The notes beneath the pieces are model-generated. The model saw only the letters and a program-made list of their open reading frames with translations, ran no database searches and had not been told where the DNA came from. The position numbers were made by a program, and so were the translations under genes. Below are positions 8,869-17,123 of a DNA stretch of 38,611 nt, piece after piece. Every line of letters starts with the position of its first letter. Position 1 is the stretch's first letter. The DNA comes from a virus (Duplodnaviria > Caudoviricetes), in the IMG/VR virus record IMGVR_UViG_3300049201_000022, positions 1 to 38,611 of that record; one strand, given 5' to 3'.

Positions 8869-11577
8869 ATGACCGTTTCCACCACTACCCGTAAGGCGGG
8901 GCCGTTCATCGGGAACGGCGTCACCACCGTATTCCCCTTCCAGTTCAAGGTATTCGCGAAGAGCGACCTGCAGGTCGTGCTGGCCGACGCGGCCGGCGCC
9001 GAGACCGTGCTGGACCTGGACGCCGACTATTCGGTGGCGCTGAACGCCGACCAGGACAACAACCCGGGCGGCACCGTCACGTACAGCTACGGCGGCGCGC
9101 TCCCGTCCACGCAGACCCTCACCATCCTGTCGGACGTGCCGCTGCTGCAGCCCACCGACATCCAGAACCGCGGCGGCTTCTACCCGTCGGTCATCGAGGA
9201 CGCGCTCGACCGCGTGACCATCCTGTCGCAGCAGGTGAAGGAACTGCTGGGCCGCGCCATCCGCGTCGCGGTCTCCGATGGTATCAGCGACGCCGAACTG
9301 CCGACTGCTGCCGCACGCGCAAATAAAGCCCTGGTCTTCGACGCCGACGGAAATATCGCCGTGCGCGACGTTACCACCGTCTACTACCCACCCATCGGTT
9401 CGGTTGCCGCAGGCGTAATTGTCGATGACTCGGTGGCCGCGAACGCCGGCATCGACGCCAGCAAGATCAAGTACGTGCCGGCCGGTGTCGGCGCCACGCC
9501 GAACAACGTGCGCGACGAACTGCGCGCGTTGCAACTGGCCGACTACACCGCGCTGCGCGCGTACACCGGCACGCGCCGGTCGGTCTACGTCACCGGATAC
9601 CTGGTCACGGCGGCGCCTTCGGGCATCGCCGGCACGTTCGTGCTGGACGCCACCGACACGACCAGCGCCGACAACGGCGGCACGATCATCGTGGACGCGC
9701 TGGGGCGTCGCTGGAAACGCTCGTTCGTCGGGCCGAAGCATGTGGACTGGTTCGGCGCCAATCCGAGCGGCACCACGAACAGCGACACCGCCATCAACAA
9801 CGCGCTGGCGACGGTGGGCAGCTTCGCCGAAACGTTCCTGTTCTCCAACGGGAACTACAAGCTAGGCAATTCCATCACGACGACCAAGCCCGGCATCATT
9901 CTGCGCGGCGCGTCGCGATACGGCACGTACTTCACGGCGGCCGATGGCTCGACGTTCCCCTTGCTACGCATCGCACACCAGCAGGTCGAAGTCTCGGGCT
10001 TCCTCTTCCGTCCGGCCGCTGGGCAAACGGCGCTGCTCATCTACGCGGGGCGCGCGCATGTCCACAACAACTACCTGCTGGCCGGCTCCAACAACACCGG
10101 CATCGGCATCCTTCTGTCGGACACCAACCCCGACACGTCCGCGTTCGTGCCGGGCGCGTACGGGCACGTGCTCGAAAACAACATCATCGGCGACAGCGGC
10201 TTCGCTTTCGCCAACGGCATCACCGAGAACAGCACGGCCGGTATCCAGGCCACTACGTTCTCGACGAACCGCATTCTGTCGAACCGCCCCATCCAGGTGA
10301 AGCTGGGCGGCGGCAACATGTACATCGCCAACCTGCTGCAAAGCTCGACGGGCGCGCCCACGGGCGTGGGCATTTCGCTGGGCGCGAACGCGAGCGGCGA
10401 AAAGATTTGGGGGAACTACTTCGAGCAGTTCCAGGCGATGATCGAAACGCTCAACGTGAGCACGACGTATCAGATTTTCCACGCCGAGGGCAACCACAAC
10501 GACGCGAACACCGCCGTGGTGGCCGACGCCGGCTCGAAAAACTACGTCATCGAGGACACGATGGGCGGTGTGGTGAACCGCAATGGCTGGTCCACGCGTT
10601 TCACCTCGACCACGTGGGGCGTGAACACGCCGAGCGCGCGCAACACCTTCGGCACCGACACGAACGGCAACTGCTTCATGGGCGCGGCGTCCGGCGCCTC
10701 GCACATCATCAACCGCGTGGGCTCTACCGAGAACACCGTCATCCTGAACCTGCAGGGTGCGGGCGTATCCATCGGCTACTTCCAGGATGCGCGCGGGCTG
10801 GGCATCAACGGTGCGAACACGAACCTTGCCCTGAACAAGAATTCGACCACCAACCGGTCCATCAACGCGGCCGGCACCGTCAACGCCAGTGGTGCCGACT
10901 ACGCCGAATACATGCGCAAAGCCGACGGCTGCGGCGACGTGGCCAAGGGCCAAATCATCGGCATCGACAGCGACGGCAAGGTTATCGACCGCTGGGTGCC
11001 GGCCATCGCGTTCGGCGTGAAGTCTACCGACCCGTGCATGGTGGGCGGCGACACGTGGGGTGTGCACCTGGGCCAGCGTCCGGCAACGCCGATCTATGTG
11101 GAACCGGAATACAAGGGCATGATCCTGGGCCGCAAGCCGGACGAACCGGTGCCGACTGGCGATGCCGAGGTCGATGAGACCACGGCGAAGTTCTACGCGG
11201 CGCGGCTGGCCACGTGGGAATCGGCACGCGCGAAGGAAGAAAGCGACCGCGCGGCGCACGCGCAAGAGCTCAAGAAAGCCAAGGCCGCGTATGACAAAGC
11301 GATGGCGCAGTGGAAGCTCGACACGAAGGCGTACGAGGACGAGCTGGAAGCCGAGCGGCAGAAGGTTGACCGCATCGCGTTCGCCGGTCAGGTGCCCGTC
11401 AACGTGCTGGGCGCCACGCCTGGCCAATACATCGTGGCGGTGCAGGACGGCGACGGCATCAAGGGCATCGCGAAGAACGAAGCCGACATGACCCTCGGCG
11501 AATACATGCGCGCGGTCGGCAAGGTCATCGCCATCGAGGCCGATGGCCGTGCACGCATCATCGTAAAGGTGTCGTAA
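8869..11577 (+). CDS. Tailspike/tail fibre: podoviral N-terminal anchor, beta-helix body, C-terminal Peptidase_G2-like chaperone
   Basis: GNGVTTVFPFQFKVF...EDALDR anchor; VDWFGA..G..D.AIN.AL pectate-lyase-like start; GADYAEY motif near C-terminus. Confidence 0.8.
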   Translation: MTVSTTTRKAGPFIGNGVTTVFPFQFKVFAKSDLQVVLADAAGAETVLDLDADYSVALNADQDNNPGGTVTYSYGGALPSTQTLTILSDVPLLQPTDIQNRGGFYPSVIEDALDRVTILSQQVKELLGRAIRVAVSDGISDAELPTAAARANKALVFDADGNIAVRDVTTVYYPPIGSVAAGVIVDDSVAANAGIDASKIKYVPAGVGATPNNVRDELRALQLADYTALRAYTGTRRSVYVTGYLVTAAPSGIAGTFVLDATDTTSADNGGTIIVDALGRRWKRSFVGPKHVDWFGANPSGTTNSDTAINNALATVGSFAETFLFSNGNYKLGNSITTTKPGIILRGASRYGTYFTAADGSTFPLLRIAHQQVEVSGFLFRPAAGQTALLIYAGRAHVHNNYLLAGSNNTGIGILLSDTNPDTSAFVPGAYGHVLENNIIGDSGFAFANGITENSTAGIQATTFSTNRILSNRPIQVKLGGGNMYIANLLQSSTGAPTGVGISLGANASGEKIWGNYFEQFQAMIETLNVSTTYQIFHAEGNHNDANTAVVADAGSKNYVIEDTMGGVVNRNGWSTRFTSTTWGVNTPSARNTFGTDTNGNCFMGAASGASHIINRVGSTENTVILNLQGAGVSIGYFQDARGLGINGANTNLALNKNSTTNRSINAAGTVNASGADYAEYMRKADGCGDVAKGQIIGIDSDGKVIDRWVPAIAFGVKSTDPCMVGGDTWGVHLGQRPATPIYVEPEYKGMILGRKPDEPVPTGDAEVDETTAKFYAARLATWESARAKEESDRAAHAQELKKAKAAYDKAMAQWKLDTKAYEDELEAERQKVDRIAFAGQVPVNVLGATPGQYIVAVQDGDGIKGIAKNEADMTLGEYMRAVGKVIAIEADGRARIIVKVS

Positions 11578-11792
11578 TGAGCGCACGTATCCCAGTCCTT
11601 TGCACCGTGTGCAACTCGTTCAGGTCGGTCGGCACCTGGTCGGCAGATGAGAAGGTGTGGGAGCAGATACGGGAAACCGCCACCGCCGAACTCGTCCGGC
11701 GTTGCGGCGCCCGAGAAGGTTGCCCGCATCGCTGTGATGGCTGCGCAACAGGCCCACAACCACAACCACAACCACAACCACTACAACCATGA
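11577..11792 (+). CDS. Small Cys-rich hypothetical protein with PQ-repeat tail
   Basis: TAATG coupling to tailspike stop; CxxC pairs. Confidence 0.5.
   Translation: MSARIPVLCTVCNSFRSVGTWSADEKVWEQIRETATAELVRRCGAREGCPHRCDGCATGPQPQPQPQPLQP
11754..11789 (+). repeat. (CCACAA)4 hexanucleotide microsatellite plus degenerate copies
   Basis: Four perfect units at 11754-11777, then CCACTACAACCA. Confidence 0.9.
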
Positions 11793-11805
11793 TCGGCCCC
11801 AAACA

Positions 11806-12171
11806 ATGACCGGCAAAACCAAGGAGCTTTGGCAGATGGAAGCCGAACGAATGGGCGGGCCTGCGCTCGCGGAAATGCTTGGGGGTATGCACGAACTGCA
11901 CCTCGAAAACGGCCGGAAGATCGACGCCATCATCGAGCGCAACCTGGCCGCCGACGCGACCATGGCCAAGCTGGTGGCGGGCTTTCCCGACGGCGACGCC
12001 GAGGCGCACCGCCGCTATCACGAGGCCATCATCGAGCGCATCGAACTGCGCAACAAGATGATCCGCGAAGCGCTGGTCAAGGTCGCCGGTTCCGGCTTCC
12101 TCGCGGGGGCCGCCTGGCTGGCCTACGCCGTGTGGCAGGCATTCATCGCATCCGTTCAAAAAGGTGGCTGA
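11806..12171 (+). CDS. Membrane protein of lysis cassette (holin/antiholin-like)
   Basis: One C-terminal TM (GFLAGAAWLAYAVWQAFI); overlaps endolysin start; start codon uncertain. Confidence 0.55.
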   Translation: MTGKTKELWQMEAERMGGPALAEMLGGMHELHLENGRKIDAIIERNLAADATMAKLVAGFPDGDAEAHRRYHEAIIERIELRNKMIREALVKVAGSGFLAGAAWLAYAVWQAFIASVQKGG

Positions 12172-12655
12172 CGTGAGCTTCGACATGGCGTTCGCGAGCA
12201 TCGCGAAAATCGAAGGCGGCTTCACCGAGCGCGACCGCGCCGCTGACCCGGGCGGCGCGACCAAGTTTGGCATCACGGAACGCGTGGCGCGGGCGTGGGG
12301 CTACAAGGGTGACATGCGCGAACTGCCGCTGGACAAGGCCCGCGCCATCGCGAAGGCGTGGTATTGGGACAAGTACCAGTGCGACCAGTTTGACCCGCGC
12401 ATCGCGTACCAGATCTTCGACACCGCATACAACGGCGGCTACCCGGTGCGCTGGCTGCAGGAATGCGTGGGTGTCGAAGCCGACGGCATCATCGGCGCCA
12501 AGACCATCGCCGCGGTGCGCGCGGCTGACGTGTGGAAGACCATCGCGCTGTTCAACGCCAAGCGCATCGCCTACCTCACCGAGCTGAACAACTGGCCGCA
12601 GAACGCGCGCGGCTGGGCGCGGCGCATCGCGTACAACATCCTCGTGGGGGCATGA
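12164..12655 (+). CDS. Endolysin, glycoside hydrolase family 108 with peptidoglycan-binding domain
   Basis: EGG motif, DPGGATKFGIT, ADGIIGAKT, C-terminal RGWARR. Confidence 0.9.
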   Translation: MADVSFDMAFASIAKIEGGFTERDRAADPGGATKFGITERVARAWGYKGDMRELPLDKARAIAKAWYWDKYQCDQFDPRIAYQIFDTAYNGGYPVRWLQECVGVEADGIIGAKTIAAVRAADVWKTIALFNAKRIAYLTELNNWPQNARGWARRIAYNILVGA

Positions 12656-13182
12656 TGGACTGGAAGGCACTCGTGCAAACCGTGGCGCCGTGGATCGGCA
12701 CCGCGCTGGGCGGACCGCTGGGCGGCGCTGCCGTGTCGGCCATCGGCGACGCGCTGGGCCTGTCGGACAAGAACGAGGCCGCCGTCAAGGCCGCACTGTC
12801 CGGCGCCACGCCCGAGCAGATGCTCGCGCTGAAACAGGCCGACCAGCAGTTCGCGCTGCGCATGCAGGAACTCGGATTCAAGCAGGTGGCCGACATGGAA
12901 GCACTGGCGGCCGGCGACCGCAAGGACGCGCGCGACATGCAGAAAACGACGCGCAGCCCGATACCCGCCGTGCTGTCCATCCTGGTCACCGCCGGCTACT
13001 TCCTCGTGCTGCTGGGCATGATGATGGGCTGGTTGAAGGCCGGCGACAGCCAGGCGTTGCTGCTCATGCTCGGGTCGCTGTCCACCGGCTGGGGCGTCGT
13101 GATGGCCTTCTGGTTCGGCACCACGCGCGGCAGCGAGGTCAAGACCGAACTGCTGGCGCAGGCGCCAGCGCTGGGCAAATAG
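12652..13182 (+). CDS. Holin (3TM/GTA-holin-like)
   Basis: ATGA overlap; APWIGTALGGPLGG, DRKDAR, two C-terminal TMs, FWFG motif. Confidence 0.7.
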   Translation: MMDWKALVQTVAPWIGTALGGPLGGAAVSAIGDALGLSDKNEAAVKAALSGATPEQMLALKQADQQFALRMQELGFKQVADMEALAAGDRKDARDMQKTTRSPIPAVLSILVTAGYFLVLLGMMMGWLKAGDSQALLLMLGSLSTGWGVVMAFWFGTTRGSEVKTELLAQAPALGK

Positions 13183-13228
13183 CCGGACGGGCTCAAGAAC
13201 CGAGTCTGCCGGCGGTAGTATTGGCACC

Positions 13229-13498
13229 ATGCCGATGACGCCGGAAGAACGCCGCAAGCACCTCACGCCCGAACTGCGCAAACACTTCGACAGCGTCGGC
13301 CCGGCGCTGGTCAGTTTCGATGTCAGCAACCACAACTACCGCGCACCCGAGAAGCACAACGCCGCGTTGGCCTGGCTGGAAGAGCAGCGGCGCCGCGAGG
13401 ACCGAAGGTGGTGGACCATGGTTGTGCTGACCACGCTGGGCGTACTGTTCGCCGGCATCGCCGCGTGGTTCGCCTACCTGGCCATCCCTGGCAAATAG
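13229..13498 (+). CDS. Small single-pass membrane protein next to attP
   Basis: C-terminal TM WWTMVVLTTLGVLFAGIAAWFAYLAI; TAGTAT 7 nt before ATG. Confidence 0.65.
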   Translation: MPMTPEERRKHLTPELRKHFDSVGPALVSFDVSNHNYRAPEKHNAALAWLEEQRRREDRRWWTMVVLTTLGVLFAGIAAWFAYLAIPGK

Positions 13499-13740
13499 CT
13501 GCGTTATTCGCGGGCGGGCCGTCGTTGCGAATCAACGACTTGCAGCGCCCGAATAGCGGCGGGAATTACGCAGTTGCGCGCCGGTAAGGTCTTGATAGAA
13601 TTGATGAATCCGTTGACGCGCCGGACAGGCTACGAACCAGGGGGTCGTGGGTTCGAATCCTGCCGGGCGCGCCATCGAATCAAGGACTTACGGTGTCCTG
13701 CTTCTGGACACTGCGTAATTCAGCGGATTCGCGTAATTCA
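13499..13740. mobile_element. attP: tRNA-derived core with arm-type repeats and IHF sites
   Basis: (CT)GCGTWATTC at 13499-13509, 13563-13573 (inverted), 13711-13721, 13731-13739; WATCAANNNNTTR at 13530-13542 and 13678-13690. Confidence 0.85.
13628..13674 (+). pseudogene. 3' fragment of tRNA-Arg(ACG), att core
   Basis: GG-CTACGAA-CC anticodon loop, GGTTCGAATCC T-arm, ends GCGCGCCA; no 5' half upstream. Confidence 0.9.
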
Positions 13741-14225
13741 ATTTGCTCATCTGCCTCATTTTTGGGCATGTGGCAGACGTTGTATTCCGGCGCGAAACGG
13801 GCGATGTAAAGCTGCTCAAGCCGATCCATCACCAGCCCCTCCGCGGCTTGGCACCGAACCCCATCGAACTGCATCGGGCCGCCGTAGTGGCTGGCCACTC
13901 GTGCGGCCAGTGCGTTCGACTTGCCCACGTAGACGATGACGGGGCCGCGCAGCAGGAAGTACACGCCTGTGCGCGGAATTTCCGGCAGGCGCACGATGTT
14001 CGCGGCCGGTACAAGCATGTGGCCCACGTCGGCCGTAGCTTGCAGTTCACTGCCCTTGCGTTGGAATTCCGCGAGCGCGGAGTCGTAGGTTGCGCCCAGC
14101 CGGTATCGCCGCTTGAAGTTCCAGAACATTTCAAGGCCGCGCGGCACCTGGTAGAAGTAGGCGCCATGCTCAAACGACCAGCGGTCGGGTAAGTCAATGT
14201 TCTCGGGTCTACGTGGCCGCGGCAT
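13680..14225 (-). CDS. Integrase arm-binding-domain / GIY-YIG nuclease fusion
   Basis: First 50 aa are 31/50 identical to the integrase N-terminus; GVY..YVG..R..H..E..YN motif set. Confidence 0.8.
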   Translation of the reverse strand: MPRPRRPENIDLPDRWSFEHGAYFYQVPRGLEMFWNFKRRYRLGATYDSALAEFQRKGSELQATADVGHMLVPAANIVRLPEIPRTGVYFLLRGPVIVYVGKSNALAARVASHYGGPMQFDGVRCQAAEGLVMDRLEQLYIARFAPEYNVCHMPKNEADEQIELRESAELRSVQKQDTVSP

Positions 14226-14797
14226 CACGCACCACCTTCCTGGTCGGCCTCGACCTCGATGTCCACGCGCTCGGTGCGGCGCCCGCTGTGGAACTCGGCC
14301 ACGCCAGGCGGCACCGTGTCGTCAATGACGACCGGCAGACCGAGCAGCGTTTTCCCGGTGGGCTGTCGGGCGGCCACCGCGCCGCCGTCCACGAGCCGAT
14401 GCACGTGCAGCTTGCTGCGCCACACCGGTTCGTACAGCGCCTTGTCGCGCTCGCATTCCTCGGCCGTGCTGCGCACCGGGTACTGCAGGACGCGGTGGTC
14501 GTTCTCTTCGAAGAACAGGCCATAGGCCAGCGTGGCCGGCGGCGTGTAGCTGCCCATCCGGTCCAGCGTGTCGCGGATCAGCTTCGCGCACTCGCCGTCG
14601 GCCGGCAGGTTGTTGAGCGCGTCCAGCAGCGCGTTGCGAATTTCCTGGCGCTCGACGCCGTGCGGCGTGGCCATGGCCGGATTCGTGCCGGTGGTGCGCT
14701 CGGTCTTCACAGCCCCGCAGACCTGGCAGCAGTGATGCAGCGGGTGCTCGTCATCGCGCACGTAGCGGTGCGCGCATTCCTTCCTGTTGTCATCCAT
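14225..14797 (-). CDS. Hypothetical protein (N-terminal Cys/His cluster)
   Basis: Same strand as int; stop overlaps next start (GTGATG). Confidence 0.6.
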   Translation of the reverse strand: MDDNRKECAHRYVRDDEHPLHHCCQVCGAVKTERTTGTNPAMATPHGVERQEIRNALLDALNNLPADGECAKLIRDTLDRMGSYTPPATLAYGLFFEENDHRVLQYPVRSTAEECERDKALYEPVWRSKLHVHRLVDGGAVAARQPTGKTLLGLPVVIDDTVPPGVAEFHSGRRTERVDIEVEADQEGGA

Positions 14798-14809
14798 ACA
14801 TCCAACCCC

Positions 14810-15901
14810 TTATCTCAATGGGCGAACCCTTTCCGCCTTCCGCCGGTAAATGCGGTCGGTCGTCCTGCTATCGGCATGAGCGAGCAGCGCCCGCGCATGT
14901 TCTAAAGTCTCGGCATCGCTCGCGCACTTCGCACGCAGGTCGTGCTCGGTGAAGCGCTCGGTGACCTTCGTTTCCTTGAGCACGCGGTCCATGAACCGCT
15001 GCCACATCGAGTCCCACCCGTGGGCCTCGCCGGTTGCTTCGTCCACGTAGCCGGCGCCGTCGCGGTTGCAGAACAACCAGGGCGAGATATGCACCGGCCG
15101 CGCGGCCTCGGCCATCTTCACCGCCTCGCGCAGCTCGGGCGTCCACTCGTAGATGGTCCGCTTGCCGGTGCTGCCCGCCGTCTTGCGCCGCTGAACGTGG
15201 ATGCCGTCGTCCTGGAACTGGCGGCGGGGTTCGAGCCGAAGCAGGTCGCCGCGCGACAGGCCGGTGAGCAGCTTGATGCGCATGTACGCCTGGATGGCCA
15301 GCACGCTGCCCTTCTTGCGCCGGCTGGCCAGCGCCAGGCACTCGACCACTTCCCAATCCTCGACGTAGCGGTCGCGCGGCTTCTCGCCCTCGAGCCGCAC
15401 CTCACCCTTGAACGGGTGCCGGTCGATGTAGCCCCACTCCACGGCCTTCGTGAACGCGTGCGACAGCACCTCGACCTCGCGGTGCGCGACGGTCACGCCG
15501 CCCACCAGCACGCCCTTCTCGTTGCGCTTCTTTACCCGCCGCTTATCCACATACTTGTACACAAGCTGCGGGCGCATTTCGTCCAGCCGCAGCGCGCCGA
15601 ACACGCCGCGAAGCTGGGCCACGTGCCGCACGTTCTCGAGCCGCGTCTTCGGCGCCTTGGTCGGCAGCACCTCGAGCGCGTACCGGTCCAGCAGGTCGGC
15701 GATGGTCTTCGCGTTCTCGTTGCGCCCTACCCGCTCGGCCCACACCTTGTAGGCTTCCGGCAACGTGGTGCCCAGCCGGAAACGCCGCTTGCCGTCCCAC
15801 AACGATTCGAGGCCGCGCGGCACCGAATAGAAGTAGGCGCCATGTTCGTGCGCCCACCCTTTCGGCAGGTGCTTGTTGTGGGCGCTACGCGGGCGGGGCA
15901 T
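14810..15901 (-). CDS. int: Tyrosine integrase
   Basis: HDLR, LLAH, terminal Y (DRIYRR), KT motif; near tRNA-derived att core. Confidence 0.92.
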   Translation of the reverse strand: MPRPRSAHNKHLPKGWAHEHGAYFYSVPRGLESLWDGKRRFRLGTTLPEAYKVWAERVGRNENAKTIADLLDRYALEVLPTKAPKTRLENVRHVAQLRGVFGALRLDEMRPQLVYKYVDKRRVKKRNEKGVLVGGVTVAHREVEVLSHAFTKAVEWGYIDRHPFKGEVRLEGEKPRDRYVEDWEVVECLALASRRKKGSVLAIQAYMRIKLLTGLSRGDLLRLEPRRQFQDDGIHVQRRKTAGSTGKRTIYEWTPELREAVKMAEAARPVHISPWLFCNRDGAGYVDEATGEAHGWDSMWQRFMDRVLKETKVTERFTEHDLRAKCASDAETLEHARALLAHADSRTTDRIYRRKAERVRPLR

Positions 15902-16129
15902 TTAGACCTTGGACCAATCCGGTTCGTTGCTAACGCTTCGCATTTTAGCATTTGCTAACGCGCCGTCAAGCAATTTTTCCACATGCGAACGCAGCACGAC
16001 GAGCGAGCCGTCGGGCCGGGGCCGGTGCTCGATGCCCATTGCGGCGAGCACCTGGCGCTGTGATGCACGGCGGGTACGCCGCGTCAACTGGACGAGTTCG
16101 TCATCGGTGAGGAACATTCCCGAATCCAT
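15902..16129 (-). CDS. Excisionase-like protein (DUF4224-like)
   Basis: FLTDDEL..LT...Q...L..MGI....RPDG..VV pattern; immediately upstream of int. Confidence 0.75.
   Translation of the reverse strand: MDSGMFLTDDELVQLTRRTRRASQRQVLAAMGIEHRPRPDGSLVVLRSHVEKLLDGALANAKMRSVSNEPDWSKV
15942..15969 (-). promoter_or_regulatory. Putative int promoter inside xis, overlapped by operator TTAGCATTTGCTAA
   Basis: TTGACG-16-TAAAAT with TGn extension; palindromic operator at 15945-15958. Confidence 0.6.
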
Positions 16130-16632
16130 GCTGCTGTAATGTTCAGCGCCTCCGACACGGTGTCGTTCACCCTGGCGCGTGACTTGGTGCGCCGCTCGGC
16201 GCTCGTGGTCGGTACTGGCTTAGGCGCGTCGGGCTGACTGCCCAGCGCGTACACACGCACCGGTTGCGGCCCGTTCCTCGAGTTGCGCGGGACCGCGACC
16301 CAGCGCACGACGTACACCTGTTTGGGCTTCGCCTGCCGCAGTTCCTTCACCAGCAGGTTCGTGCGGCAGCGCGACAGGCCGAGCAGCCGCGCGAGCTGCT
16401 GCGTGGTTCGGTCGTTGTCGGCCAGCAATTCAAGGATGCGTGCCTTGCTGCCGTGGGCGGCCTTCGCCTTCTCGCGCGCGATGGCTGCATTGCGCCGGGC
16501 GCGCTTCGCCGCGCTGTGGCGCCCGGCCGCTTCGATCATGCACGCCTTGCACTGCGCGAACGGCGAGCCGTTCGTGCGCAGGTAGAAGCCGTCGGCCAAC
16601 TTAGGCACGCCGCAGCGCGTGCACGTACGCAT
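16084..16632 (-). CDS. Zn-finger plus winged-HTH DNA-binding protein
   Basis: CTRC...CKAC; ILELL..T..QLA.LLGLS HTH; TAATG coupling to upstream gene. Confidence 0.6.
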   Translation of the reverse strand: MRTCTRCGVPKLADGFYLRTNGSPFAQCKACMIEAAGRHSAAKRARRNAAIAREKAKAAHGSKARILELLADNDRTTQQLARLLGLSRCRTNLLVKELRQAKPKQVYVVRWVAVPRNSRNGPQPVRVYALGSQPDAPKPVPTTSAERRTKSRARVNDTVSEALNITAAWIRECSSPMTNSSS

Positions 16633-17123
16633 TACCGCGCCTCGCCCTGCTTGGCCTCGGCCTTGAGCGCTGCGTACGCGATGCAGTCCTCGGCGCTGTC
16701 GGCGTGGTAGCCGGGGCGCTGCCACTGGCGCACGTCCTTGAGCACCTGCAACAGCAGCCAGCCCTCGGCCTCGCTCAAGTCCTGGCCCGTGATGGTGTTG
16801 AACGCGGCGACGGCACGGCCCATGCTGCGCTCGCCCTCGGGCTTGTCGTACTGCTTGCCGCGTTCGGCCATGATGCTGGCCGCTTTGGCCAGCAGGGCCG
16901 GCGCGTCGGCATGCGTGAGCTTCGGCAGCGCGGCGATGTGGTCGGTGAAGTCCACGCCCTGCGCTGCCGCGGCCTCGTTGGCCATGACCTTGACCGCGCG
17001 CTCGATGTCCGCAAGGCTCGGGCACCGGAGCGACGGCCCGTGAAAATCCAGGTGGTACGTGCAGTGCATGCAGTAGCTTTCGCCACCCGGCGCCTGCGAT
17101 CCGCTGTTCGCTTCGAATTTCAT
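16632..17123 (-). CDS. DUF6378-like phage protein
   Basis: AASIMAERGKQYD...LKDVR...HADSAED..AYAAL motif. Confidence 0.65.
   Translation of the reverse strand: MKFEANSGSQAPGGESYCMHCTYHLDFHGPSLRCPSLADIERAVKVMANEAAAAQGVDFTDHIAALPKLTHADAPALLAKAASIMAERGKQYDKPEGERSMGRAVAAFNTITGQDLSEAEGWLLLQVLKDVRQWQRPGYHADSAEDCIAYAALKAEAKQGEAR

Noticed and set aside
1345-11586. Long antisense ORFs (510, 755, 921, 540 aa etc.)
   Set aside because: Shadows of high-GC coding genes on the opposite strand; no motifs
8869-13500. BPP-1-type diversity-generating retroelement
   Set aside because: No reverse transcriptase motif and no TR/VR repeat pair seen in the window
13600-13674. Complete tRNA-Arg gene
   Set aside because: No 5' acceptor strand or D arm; only the att core
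13574-13939. 121-aa + strand ORF over att
   Set aside because: GYEPGGRGFESCRAR is the translation of the tRNA fragment; antisense to the GIY-YIG fusion
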